From Magnetococcales bacterium (GTDB lineage Bacteria; Pseudomonadota; Magnetococcia; Magnetococcales; JADGCH01): DNA of 34,265 nt. Positions 1 to 8,875 of this stretch are shown piece by piece (position 1 is the first letter of the stretch; each line of letters opens with the position of its first letter). The notes under the pieces were generated by a model. That model did not search any database. It saw nothing but the letters and a program-made list of their open reading frames with translations, and was not told where the DNA came from. Made by a program: the position numbers and the translations under genes. The stretch is taken from positions 1 to 34,265 of the forward strand of contig JADGCM010000003.1 in assembly GCA_015228995.1 (NCBI GenBank), in the 5' to 3' direction.

Positions 1-50
1 ACGATGGCACAAGCAACAACTAATAATAATATCCAATAAATAAAAATATA

Positions 51-1043
51 GCGATTGCGGCCGCCATTGGGGCTGGTTATGCGGGTGCGCGTGCGGCGAC
101 AGCCACTTCTGGTCCTGGCTTAGCGCTCATGATGGAGATGCTTGGCCTAGCGACGATAGCTGAGGTACCTTGTGTGGTTTTTGTGTCACAACGTGGCGGC
201 CCTTCCACGGGTATGCCCACCAAAACCGAGCAATCTGATCTAAATGCCGCCTTATATGGTAGTCCGGGTGATGCCCAGCGGATTGTCATTGCCCCAACCA
301 ATGTCGAAGGCTGTTATCGTTGCGCTGGCAAGGCGTTTGAGCTGGCGGAACGATTTCAAACCCCGGTGATCGTGCTGCTTGATCTATACCTCTCTAATCG
401 TTACGAAACGGTGTTGCTTGCCAATGCCGGGTCTCCCTTCGAGTTGGATGCCAATTGTTCGGTGCGGCCGCTGGAACAGGGAGAGATTTATCAGCGGTTT
501 GCCATCACCGCTGATGGGGTTAGCCCGCGTGCTGTCCCCGGTCAGCCAGGTTGTATGCACGTCGTCACGGGCCTGGAACACAACGAGTTGGGACGTCCCA
601 ACGATCAGGGCGATAACCATGAACGGATGAGCCGCAAGCGCCATGACAAACTGAAGGGGGCACTGGCTCACCCCGATTTCACCAAGTGCAAACGTTTTGG
701 TGATGAGGGGCCGGTCGATGTTGGCTTGCTGTCGTGGGGCTCCACCTTTGGTGAGTGTCTTGAGGCGATGTTGAAGGCACGTAATGAGGGTATTCGCTGC
801 GCTGCCATGAAGGTGGTGATGTTGTCACCGTTGCCGATTGAGCCAATCACCCAGTTTATGGATGATTGCCGGGTGGTGTTGGTGCCTGAGTTGAATTATG
901 AGGGTCAGTTCGCTCATCTCATTCAGGGGACGCTGGCGCGTCCAGTGGTGCGGCTCAGTCGAGTACCGAGTGGCCCGATGCCGGTAGAAGAGATTTTAGA
1001 GCAAATTCGTCGTTTGGCAAATCGTGGGGAGAGCGACACATGA
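51..1043 (+). CDS. korA: 2-oxoacid:ferredoxin oxidoreductase alpha subunit, 5'-truncated (C-terminal ~330 aa only)
   Basis: The frame of ORF 129..1043 is open upstream to about nt 51 and reads AIAAAIGAGYAGARAATATSGPGLALMME, then QRGGPSTGMPTKTEQSDL and VPELNYEGQF, all typical OFOR alpha motifs. Upstream of nt 51 is AT-rich sequence with three in-frame TAA codons (21-29). Confidence 0.9.
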   Translation, partial: AIAAAIGAGYAGARAATATSGPGLALMMEMLGLATIAEVPCVVFVSQRGGPSTGMPTKTEQSDLNAALYGSPGDAQRIVIAPTNVEGCYRCAGKAFELAERFQTPVIVLLDLYLSNRYETVLLANAGSPFELDANCSVRPLEQGEIYQRFAITADGVSPRAVPGQPGCMHVVTGLEHNELGRPNDQGDNHERMSRKRHDKLKGALAHPDFTKCKRFGDEGPVDVGLLSWGSTFGECLEAMLKARNEGIRCAAMKVVMLSPLPIEPITQFMDDCRVVLVPELNYEGQFAHLIQGTLARPVVRLSRVPSGPMPVEEILEQIRRLANRGESDT

Positions 1044-1903
1044 CCGCCATGGAAAAGCCGGTTTACGTCGATGAGAAATTGCAAGAGGTCAAACAGAGTG
1101 GGCGGTTGGAGTATCGTTCGCGCGCCTTGCCGACTTGGTGTCCAGGGTGTGGCTATTTCTCCATTGTTGAGGGGGTCACAGCGGCTCTGAATGGTATGGC
1201 GATTCCCCAACAAGAAGCCGTGGTGCTTTCTGGTATTGGCTGTGCCTCCCGGTTCCCTTTTTTTGTGAGTACTTACGGCTTTCACACCTTGCATGGTCGG
1301 GTGTTACCGGTGGCTACGGGGGTGAAGGTGGCCAATGACAAGCTGACGGTGGTGGCCATTGGTGGCGATGGCGACGGTTTTGCGATCGGCGGCGGCCATT
1401 TGCCCCACGCCGCCAAGCGCAATGTCGATATGACCTACCTGCTGTTTGATAACGGCATCTATGGATTGACCAAGGGACAGACCTCTCCCACTTCGGCTTA
1501 CGGGTTTCGCACTTCAACAACGCCTTATGAGAACCCAGATCAGCCGCTCAACCCAGTGCTGATGGTGCTTTCTTACGGTGCCAGTTGGGTCGGCCAGGCT
1601 TATGCAGGTCATCCGGATCATCTCCGGCAGATGATCGCTGCGGCCATTCAGCATCGCGGTTTTTCTTACTTACACATTCTTAGTCCTTGTGTAACGTTTG
1701 ATAAAACCAGCAAGACTTATGTTAATTTGGGCATGCAGGTGCGTGATCTACCAGAGGAGCACGATGTGACCAACCTGATGTCTGCCATGCACCACGCCTC
1801 ACGTACCAGTAGGCCACTGCTGGGACTGTTCTACCGTGACTTGCGCCCAACATTGGGCGATAATCTTGATGGTCTGGTTGCCAAAGCGGGCGGCGATAAA
1901 TAA
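1040..1903 (+). CDS. korB: 2-oxoacid:ferredoxin oxidoreductase beta subunit (TPP-binding)
   Basis: TWCPGCG, SGIGC, HTLHGR, GGDGDG...DNGIYGLTKGQTSPT and SPCVTF motifs; ATGA overlap with the alpha gene. Confidence 0.93.
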   Translation: MTAMEKPVYVDEKLQEVKQSGRLEYRSRALPTWCPGCGYFSIVEGVTAALNGMAIPQQEAVVLSGIGCASRFPFFVSTYGFHTLHGRVLPVATGVKVANDKLTVVAIGGDGDGFAIGGGHLPHAAKRNVDMTYLLFDNGIYGLTKGQTSPTSAYGFRTSTTPYENPDQPLNPVLMVLSYGASWVGQAYAGHPDHLRQMIAAAIQHRGFSYLHILSPCVTFDKTSKTYVNLGMQVRDLPEEHDVTNLMSAMHHASRTSRPLLGLFYRDLRPTLGDNLDGLVAKAGGDK

Positions 1904-1929
1904 ACCTAATCAGTTGAAGGAGAAATGCA

Positions 1930-2508
1930 ATGTCTATTTCACTTGCCAAGGGTGGCAATGTCTCTTTGACCAAAGAGGCGCCTGGTTTGACTTCGGTTAA
2001 CGTTGGTTTGGGATGGAGCATGCGTGCCACCGATGGTGCGGCATTTGATCTTGATGCTTCGGTTTTTCTGCTCAAGGAAGATGGCAAGGTGCGTTCCGAT
2101 GCTGATTTTATCTTTTATAACCAAAAGAAGTCATCCGACGGCATGGTCGAGCACATGGGGGACAATCGCTCTGGTGAGGGCGAGGGTGACGATGAGGTGG
2201 TCAAGGTCAATTTGGCTGGTTTGGCCGCTGATGTCAATCGTATCACCTTTGCCGTAACCATCCACGAAGCTGCTGAACGTAGGCAAAATTTCGGTATGGT
2301 GAGCAATGCCTACATACGGGTGGTGAACAGCGCCGACAACAAAGAAATCGCCAAATATGACTTGAGTGAAGATGCTTCGACGGAAACGGCCATGACCTTT
2401 GGTGAGTTATACCGTCACGGCTCTGAGTGGAAATTCCGGGCTGTCGGCCAGGGGTTCGCGGGTGGCTTGAAGGCATTGGCGACTGGCTACGGTATCAATA
2501 TAGGTTGA
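1930..2508 (+). CDS. terD: TerD-family stress/tellurium resistance protein
   Basis: [59 protein letters not shown]; RBS GAAGGAG. Confidence 0.93.
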   Translation: MSISLAKGGNVSLTKEAPGLTSVNVGLGWSMRATDGAAFDLDASVFLLKEDGKVRSDADFIFYNQKKSSDGMVEHMGDNRSGEGEGDDEVVKVNLAGLAADVNRITFAVTIHEAAERRQNFGMVSNAYIRVVNSADNKEIAKYDLSEDASTETAMTFGELYRHGSEWKFRAVGQGFAGGLKALATGYGINIG

Positions 2509-2521
2509 GGAAGAGAGCATC

Positions 2522-3097
2522 ATGTCTATCTCTCTGACTAAGGGACAACGTCTCAGTCTGAACAAAGCCAGCTCCACGCCATTGAAGGCGGTGAGCATGG
2601 GGTTAGGCTGGGATGCCAAGAAGAAGTTGTTTGGGTTATTGGGGGGCTCCATCGATCTAGATGCCTCCTGTCTAGAATTCGACGCCCAGGGCAATATGAT
2701 TGATGCCGTTTGGTTCCAGCAGTTGCAAAGTCGTGATGGCGCCATCCGTCACTCTGGGGATAATCTGACCGGTGATGGTGAGGGAGATGACGAAGTCATC
2801 CACGTTGCCCTGGACCGGTTGCCAGCATCGGTGCAGTCGTTAGTGTTTACCGTCAACTCGTTTACCGGGCAGTCGTTCAAGGAGGTGCAGAATGCTTACT
2901 GCCGCTTGATCGATGCCAGCAATCAAAAGGAATTGGCGCGTTATACCTTGACTGAAACGGGCGACTATACCGCGCAGATTATGTCTCGGCTGTATCGTCA
3001 CGAGGGTGAATGGAAGCTGCACGCCATCGGCGATGCGGCAACTGGGCGCATCAAAACCTTTCACGATATGGTCCCAATGATCAAACAGCATCTATAA
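2522..3097 (+). CDS. terZ: TerD-family paralogue (TerZ-like)
   Basis: SLTKGQRLSL, MGLGWD, IDLDASC, HSGDNLTGDGEGDDE, FTVNSFTGQSF, WKLHAIG. Confidence 0.8.
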   Translation: MSISLTKGQRLSLNKASSTPLKAVSMGLGWDAKKKLFGLLGGSIDLDASCLEFDAQGNMIDAVWFQQLQSRDGAIRHSGDNLTGDGEGDDEVIHVALDRLPASVQSLVFTVNSFTGQSFKEVQNAYCRLIDASNQKELARYTLTETGDYTAQIMSRLYRHEGEWKLHAIGDAATGRIKTFHDMVPMIKQHL

Positions 3098-3113
3098 ACG
3101 AAGGGGTTGGTCT

Positions 3114-3563
3114 ATGTCTCTCTCCTGGTTGAAAGAAAATTTTGAAGCAGCCAAGCAGTCGGTATCGAAAGAGATCACCAAATTCAATAACCGCTCCATG
3201 ATGGAAGCGATTGTGGCGGCTTGCGCCATGGTGGCCTACTCCGATGGTTCTGTTTCATCAGCCGAAAAACAGAAGATGGTTGGTTATCTGCGCAGCTCGG
3301 ACACCATGAAGGTGTTTGACATCAACGAGGTGATTCAGCTATTCCAAAAATATGTCGAGAAGTTCGAATTTGACCACACCATCGGTAGTGGCGAGGCGAT
3401 GACGGTTATTGGCAAATTCAAGGGCAAGCCAGAGGCGCAGCTGATTGTTCGTATCTGTTGCACCATCGGTGCTGCTGACGGTAGTTTTGATGCCCAGGAG
3501 CGCAAGGTAGTGCGTGGCATGTGCCAAGAGTTAGGGTTGGATCCGCAGACGTTTGATCTGTGA
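3114..3563 (+). CDS. terB: Tellurite resistance TerB-family protein
   Basis: AACAMVAYSDGSVSSAEKQKM and IGAADGSFDAQERKVVRGMCQELGLDP motifs; adjacent to terD paralogues. Confidence 0.9.
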   Translation: MSLSWLKENFEAAKQSVSKEITKFNNRSMMEAIVAACAMVAYSDGSVSSAEKQKMVGYLRSSDTMKVFDINEVIQLFQKYVEKFEFDHTIGSGEAMTVIGKFKGKPEAQLIVRICCTIGAADGSFDAQERKVVRGMCQELGLDPQTFDL

Positions 3564-3596
3564 TCGCATTTACAGTTCGCCGGCTGGTGGGACCTT

Positions 3597-4571
3597 GTGA
3601 TGGCGTGTGCATTTTTTACCGTTTCGGGTCCTGGAGTTTCTCTGGTTCCACAGTCAGGAAAGGCAATTGTCACCTTGTTGATTGGTGGTAGCTATATCAA
3701 GCAGTGGTCGGAAGTTATTGGCAATAGCTGGTGGCATTATGCCGATAAACACGGTTTCGACCTGATAGCGATTGTTGGGCCGTTGGATGATTCTGATACG
3801 GCCCGAAATCGCTCGGTGGCATGGCAGAAGTGCCTCATTTTAAGCCAGCCTTGGTCACACCTCTACCAGCGTATCGCTTGGGTTGATGCAGATATTTTGA
3901 TCAATCCTTACTCCCCGGATATCTTCAGGGGTGTTCCTGATGAAAAAATTGGTGCGGTAACCACCTACCAGGATTCGACCATATCACAACTACACATTTC
4001 GCACAGTCGGTATCATGGTTTTTCCGGTACGGGTATGGTTGACCCTGATCAGCACCTGCTGGAGGAGGTAAAGCGGGCTTTTTATGATTTCTATGTCAGG
4101 GTCCATGGTTTGGAGCAAATAGATGACCAAATAGCTCCTGGTGAGGAGAATATGATTAGCACTGGAGTCTTGGTTCTTTCTCCGGTCGTGCATAAGGCTA
4201 TACTTGAAAAAGCATATTATTCCTTCACAGAAAGGACTCGTATGTATGAGCAGACGCCGTTGTCGTATCTCGTGCATAAAAACTGTCTGTTATATGAGAT
4301 AAATAGTAGATTTAACTGGTGCATTGGCAGTCATTTATTGAGACATTGGCCTGAGTTATGGCTTTTTCTTAATAATAAACATTATGATAAAATTGATATA
4401 GATTTATTAGAACATATAATGCATAATGAATATATTAATAGTTTTTTTATGCATTTTGCAACATTAATACACCTATTTAACTCGATTAAGACGGTGTCTT
4501 TTCCACCGCAGATCGGCGCGCTTTCTAGAGCTATAAAAATAGATCAGGTAAAATTTCTGGGCGCTATTTGA
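3597..4571 (+). CDS. Putative GT-A fold glycosyltransferase (GT34/GMA12-MNN10- or GT8-like)
   Basis: YADKHGFDL, AWQKCLIL, WVDADILIN (DxD motif), ISTGVLVLS, YEQTPLS, FMHFA; start codon uncertain. Confidence 0.6.
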   Translation: MMACAFFTVSGPGVSLVPQSGKAIVTLLIGGSYIKQWSEVIGNSWWHYADKHGFDLIAIVGPLDDSDTARNRSVAWQKCLILSQPWSHLYQRIAWVDADILINPYSPDIFRGVPDEKIGAVTTYQDSTISQLHISHSRYHGFSGTGMVDPDQHLLEEVKRAFYDFYVRVHGLEQIDDQIAPGEENMISTGVLVLSPVVHKAILEKAYYSFTERTRMYEQTPLSYLVHKNCLLYEINSRFNWCIGSHLLRHWPELWLFLNNKHYDKIDIDLLEHIMHNEYINSFFMHFATLIHLFNSIKTVSFPPQIGALSRAIKIDQVKFLGAI

Positions 4572-4580
4572 CACTTTTCT

Positions 4581-6185
4581 TTGCAGAAGATTTGGATTGG
4601 TGACATTGTGGCAAGTAAAGAGCGAGTTTCTCCTTTAGCACCCGTTGTTGTCCCTTCAATGGATAATGAAGAAGGACGGCGGCTGGTGCAGCGGTTTAAG
4701 GATATTCGAGGCTACCTTGGTTTAGATGAGGGGTACATGCTCTACTGTTGGGCCAAAGAGGGTCCGGGGGAGGGCGTGATTGTCGAACTTGGGAGTTTCA
4801 TGGGGCGGTCTACTTGCTGGTTGGCTGAAGGTAGTAGGGTAGCTAATAGGGGTAAAGTTTTTGCCTGCGATAACTTTCGGGGGTATTCTGAGGAGCAAAA
4901 TTGGGATACGTTGCCCCAGTTTCGGGCTAATATTGAGCAGGCGGGATTGAGTGATTGGGTTGATGTGAGGGTTGGTACCTCTGAAAATATTGGACGTAGC
5001 TGGCAGCAGTCACAGCGTATCCGTCTGCTGTTTATCGACGCTGACCACTCGTATGAGGCGAGCCGCCTGGATTTTATAACGTGGTTTCCGTATGTTGAGC
5101 CGGGCGGGATTGTCGCTTTTCACGATATTGGCTATCTGTTGGGATGCTCGCGGTTTTATAACGATCTATTGAGGTTTAATCCCGAAATTGAGGAAGTGGG
5201 ATCGGTCGGTTCTCTTCGTCTGGTGCGTCTGCCATCCTCCGGTGCCCATGTTCCCTCACTTGAGTCTATTACGGAAGAGCTTGATCGTTACCAGCAGCTG
5301 TTGGAAGGCGATGTTTTGGACGTCGGGGGGCTTATACAACTAGGGACGTTCCGTTTTGAACAGATGCAGCTGGAGGGTGCAGAGCGTTGTTACCGCCGGG
5401 CGATGGCCTTGTCACCGTCTGAGCCGATTCGCAATAATTTGGCACTGATATTAGTAAAGAGTGGCAAAGTCGACGAAGCGGTCAGCTGCTACGATGGCCA
5501 TACGGATCCTCGTTGGGTTAATTTCCAACAAGGCCAAGCTTTAGATGAATATTCGCAGGCCCACTATGATCGGGCAGAGTTTTGGTATCGGCGTATTTTG
5601 GATGTGACTCCCAATTCGGTTTTAGCGTGCAACAACCTAGCCGTGGCTTTGGGGAAACAGGGAAAGATAAAAGAGGCGGCTGAGTACTATGGTAGGGCGA
5701 TCAGCCTAGATCCGGGGACGACCTCGCTACAGGTGAGTGCGGAGATGTGCTATCGTCAGCTGGTGGAGCAAGTTCCATCCGCTGAGACTTTTAATAACTT
5801 AGCGATGGTATTAGTGAACCAGGATAGATTCGAAGAGGCGATTGGTTATTATACAAAAGCTATTGGGCTTGATCCCCAGCGGCTTGATTACCATTTCAAC
5901 TTAGCGTCGGCGTATCATCGTCGGGGTGATTATGGTCAGGCCGAAGTCTGTTATCGACGTGCGTTGACTATGGTGACTAATTCCCCCGTTGTCTGGTGCC
6001 GCCTCGGTTTTGTTGTCGGTTTACAAGGTCGAATTGATGAGGCTTTAGAGTGTTTCCAGCGTGCCATTGTTTTGCAGCCAGCCGCCGCGGGCCCATCTTC
6101 TGACGAAGTGGTGGTCTATCTTAGCCATTTGCGGAGTAGGCTACAAGGACAGATGGGTCGTATCGACGCGATGCTATCTCGGTGA
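4581..6185 (+). CDS. Class I SAM methyltransferase (Methyltransf_24-like) fused to multiple TPR repeats
   Basis: IVELGSFMGRST and IRLLFIDADHSYE...GGIVAFHD, followed by TPR units (AERCYRRAMAL, NNLAVALGKQGKIKEAAEYYGRAISLDP, FNLASAYHRRGDYGQAEVCYRRAL); start uncertain. Confidence 0.85.
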   Translation: MQKIWIGDIVASKERVSPLAPVVVPSMDNEEGRRLVQRFKDIRGYLGLDEGYMLYCWAKEGPGEGVIVELGSFMGRSTCWLAEGSRVANRGKVFACDNFRGYSEEQNWDTLPQFRANIEQAGLSDWVDVRVGTSENIGRSWQQSQRIRLLFIDADHSYEASRLDFITWFPYVEPGGIVAFHDIGYLLGCSRFYNDLLRFNPEIEEVGSVGSLRLVRLPSSGAHVPSLESITEELDRYQQLLEGDVLDVGGLIQLGTFRFEQMQLEGAERCYRRAMALSPSEPIRNNLALILVKSGKVDEAVSCYDGHTDPRWVNFQQGQALDEYSQAHYDRAEFWYRRILDVTPNSVLACNNLAVALGKQGKIKEAAEYYGRAISLDPGTTSLQVSAEMCYRQLVEQVPSAETFNNLAMVLVNQDRFEEAIGYYTKAIGLDPQRLDYHFNLASAYHRRGDYGQAEVCYRRALTMVTNSPVVWCRLGFVVGLQGRIDEALECFQRAIVLQPAAAGPSSDEVVVYLSHLRSRLQGQMGRIDAMLSR

Positions 6186-6208
6186 GCTGGGGGTAGGAGA
6201 GCTTTATT

Positions 6209-7432
6209 ATGGAAGAGTCTATCCCGTCCGTCTTCGTTCCACCGATTGGTGGTGTTGAAGGGCAGCAGTTAGCTCGGCGTTTTGGCAGTGTTCCCGGCCT
6301 GTTGCAACCGGTTGAGGGGTACACCCTCTATTGTTGGGCTAAGGAGGGTCCGGGGACAGGGATTGTCGTCGAGTTGGGGAGTGCCAGGGGTTACTCCACT
6401 TGTTGGTTGGCGGCAGCAAACCAAGCGGCTCGGCGCGGCAAGGTGTTTGCTTGTGACTCCTTCCACTACGATGAAAACGCACGTGTTGTGCCTCATGAAC
6501 ATGTGGGTGTCCCCCTGTTTCAGGAAACCATTCGGCGGATGGGGCTTAATGATTGGGTTGAAATGAGGGTTGGTGATTCCTCGGAGATCGGGCGGAGTTG
6601 GTCACATCCGCAGCCCATTCGTTTGTTGTTTATCGATGCCGATCACTCATACGAGGGGACCTACCTCGATTTTACCGCTTGGTTTCCACACGTCGAAGCG
6701 GGGGGGGTTGTCGCTTTTCACGACATTGATACCAATCCTGGCTGTTCGCAGCTTTATAAGTGTTTATTGTATTTTAATAAAGAAATTAAAGAGGTTGCGT
6801 CGGCATCAAGCCTTCGGTTGGTGCGTAAGCCGTTTCAGGATGTGACGCTCTTTCTTCCGAGTTCTGTCGAGGAGGCGATTGGTTGTTATCGGCAGGCACT
6901 GGAACGCCATCCATCGGACATAGAAGCTCTGACCTTGCTGGGAACAATCTATTTTGAGCAACAGCGACTGGATGAGGCGGAGCGTTGCTACCGTTCGGCG
7001 ATGGCAGTGTCATCGGTCTCTGATGACCTCTACGATAAATTGGCTGCGGTATTGGGAAAACAGGGCAAGGTTGCGGAGGCCATCGACTGCTATGGCCATA
7101 TTGCCAATTTAAGCCCGCAGCAGAACGTCAATTTGGCTGGGTTTTACTTTTCGCAGGGCCAGCACGCCCAGGCTGAGGCTTGTTATATGCGGGTGTTAAC
7201 AACAGCAATGAGTTCCCCGGTGGTGTGGAGTCGTCTCGGTTTTGTTGTGGGACTACAAGGAAGAATTGATGAGGCACTGGCGTGTTTTAAGCGTGCGGTC
7301 GTCTTGCAGCCAGCTACCTTTTCGGCGCCATTGGATGAGACGGTGGTATATCTGAATCACCTGAAAAATAAATTTCAGATCAAAGTAGAGGTTATCGATT
7401 CGATTTTGGCGCGTCCACCGGTTTCCAGTTAA
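6209..7432 (+). CDS. Class I SAM methyltransferase-TPR fusion, shorter paralogue of 4581..6185
   Basis: VVELGSARGYST, IRLLFIDADHSYE, GGVVAFHD; C-terminal SPVVWSRLGFVVGLQGRIDEAL shared with the upstream gene; RBS AGGAG. Confidence 0.85.
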   Translation: MEESIPSVFVPPIGGVEGQQLARRFGSVPGLLQPVEGYTLYCWAKEGPGTGIVVELGSARGYSTCWLAAANQAARRGKVFACDSFHYDENARVVPHEHVGVPLFQETIRRMGLNDWVEMRVGDSSEIGRSWSHPQPIRLLFIDADHSYEGTYLDFTAWFPHVEAGGVVAFHDIDTNPGCSQLYKCLLYFNKEIKEVASASSLRLVRKPFQDVTLFLPSSVEEAIGCYRQALERHPSDIEALTLLGTIYFEQQRLDEAERCYRSAMAVSSVSDDLYDKLAAVLGKQGKVAEAIDCYGHIANLSPQQNVNLAGFYFSQGQHAQAEACYMRVLTTAMSSPVVWSRLGFVVGLQGRIDEALACFKRAVVLQPATFSAPLDETVVYLNHLKNKFQIKVEVIDSILARPPVSS

Positions 7433-7991
7433 GGGCTTGGTCTTGTGCCTGGGAGACTTGGTTGTGAGCCATGTTGCTGGCCACTAGGTCGCGTGCTTTT
7501 ATGGCGTCACGGTGGCCGTGTGATGCCGCCAAGTTGAACCATACGTGCGCCTGGATGGTATCCTGTTTGACGCCACGCCCTTGCTCGTGCATCTTGCCGA
7601 GACTGAACTGAGCATCGGCGTAGTCCTGGTTGGCGGCTTTGTGGTACCACTCTACGGCGACACCGTAGTGCTGGGTCACGCCTTTGCCTTGTTCATACAT
7701 CATGCCTAGGATAAATTGAGCTTTGGCCTCGCCCTGTTTGGCGGCCTTGCGGATCAGTTTGCCAGCCTCTTTGTAATTTTGACGTTCGATACTGCAATCG
7801 ATATACATCAAGCCGAGGCTCAGTTGCGATAAAGCATCTCCTTGTTCAGCGGCGAAGCGATACCACTTCATGGCCTCGTTGTCGTCTTGCGCGACGTCGG
7901 TCCCTTGCCGGTACATCGTCCCTAACTTGTACTGGGCTGCCACGTCGCCGCGGCTGGCGCTGTGTAATAACTCTTCAAAATCTTGTTCCAT
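7392..7991 (-). CDS. Sel1-like repeat protein
   Basis: Repeated AQYKLGTMYRQG / AQFILGMMYEQGKGVTQ / AQFSLGKMHEQGRGVKQD and WYRFAAEQG units; terminal AHVWFNLAA. Confidence 0.9.
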   Translation of the reverse strand: MEQDFEELLHSASRGDVAAQYKLGTMYRQGTDVAQDDNEAMKWYRFAAEQGDALSQLSLGLMYIDCSIERQNYKEAGKLIRKAAKQGEAKAQFILGMMYEQGKGVTQHYGVAVEWYHKAANQDYADAQFSLGKMHEQGRGVKQDTIQAHVWFNLAASHGHRDAIKARDLVASNMAHNQVSQAQDQALNWKPVDAPKSNR

Positions 7992-8875
7992 TACGATTTC
8001 CCCTCTATTGCCTGTAGTAAGTACTCACCCATTGTTATATTTGCGACTGGCTGTTGTGTGGTTACCTCCAGCAACTGGTACCCCAGGTTTTCAATTAATT
8101 GGCGTAATTCGTCCAAGCTGTGACCAAGCATTTGAATGGGCACTGGGTGAACACTGAGAAAAACCAGCGGTTGCAGTGTGCGTAGAACGTGAGCAGCGCC
8201 GCGTAGTACCTCCAATTCATAGCCTTCAACGTCGATCTTGATGACCTGAGGATGAAGGGATTGTTGCTGGCAAAAACGATCAATCGTCACTTGGCGACGG
8301 CGTGTTTCGTGGTAGGCTGCCGCATCTTTTTTGATGACAACCGCATTCATCCCCGCCACCTCCTCTTGCTCAAAAAAAGCAACTTCGTCGCGGTCGTCTT
8401 CTCCAACCAGTAATTCGAGTGCTGTAATAGTTCGCTGCATACCATTTAATTCGATGTGGCGGCTCAGGTAGGTATGATTGGCATGGGCTGGTTCGAAGGC
8501 AAAGACGCGGCCGTTCGGTGCCAACACTGACGCCATTGGCAAGGCCACCAAACCGATGTGGGCACCAACATCTAATACACACTGACAGTCACGGCAGGCT
8601 TCGATACAGGCGACAAAGCCGGCGTTGTGACGATCACCCCATTGTTCAAAAGAGCTAAAGGCGAAATAACCGTCCAACTTGAACGGGCCATAAGGTCCAA
8701 TACGGCTGCTGGCCGTTAGGGAGCGACCGCTATGGTTTAGCGCAAAGCGGTAACAATGCCCCAATAATCGCCACATAGGCTCCATCTTCTTGAGGGGGCC
8801 GTGGCGCCATCGCCGCAGCGTTGCTACTGCTAGATGGACGAAGGAATAGGGATTCCAGCCCTTCATGCCCGTCAT
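7991..8875 (-). CDS. FkbM-family methyltransferase
   Basis: VLDVGAHIG, VFAFEP, TIDRF, VIKIDVEGYELEVLRGA. Confidence 0.92.
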   Translation of the reverse strand: MTGMKGWNPYSFVHLAVATLRRWRHGPLKKMEPMWRLLGHCYRFALNHSGRSLTASSRIGPYGPFKLDGYFAFSSFEQWGDRHNAGFVACIEACRDCQCVLDVGAHIGLVALPMASVLAPNGRVFAFEPAHANHTYLSRHIELNGMQRTITALELLVGEDDRDEVAFFEQEEVAGMNAVVIKKDAAAYHETRRRQVTIDRFCQQQSLHPQVIKIDVEGYELEVLRGAAHVLRTLQPLVFLSVHPVPIQMLGHSLDELRQLIENLGYQLLEVTTQQPVANITMGEYLLQAIEGKS

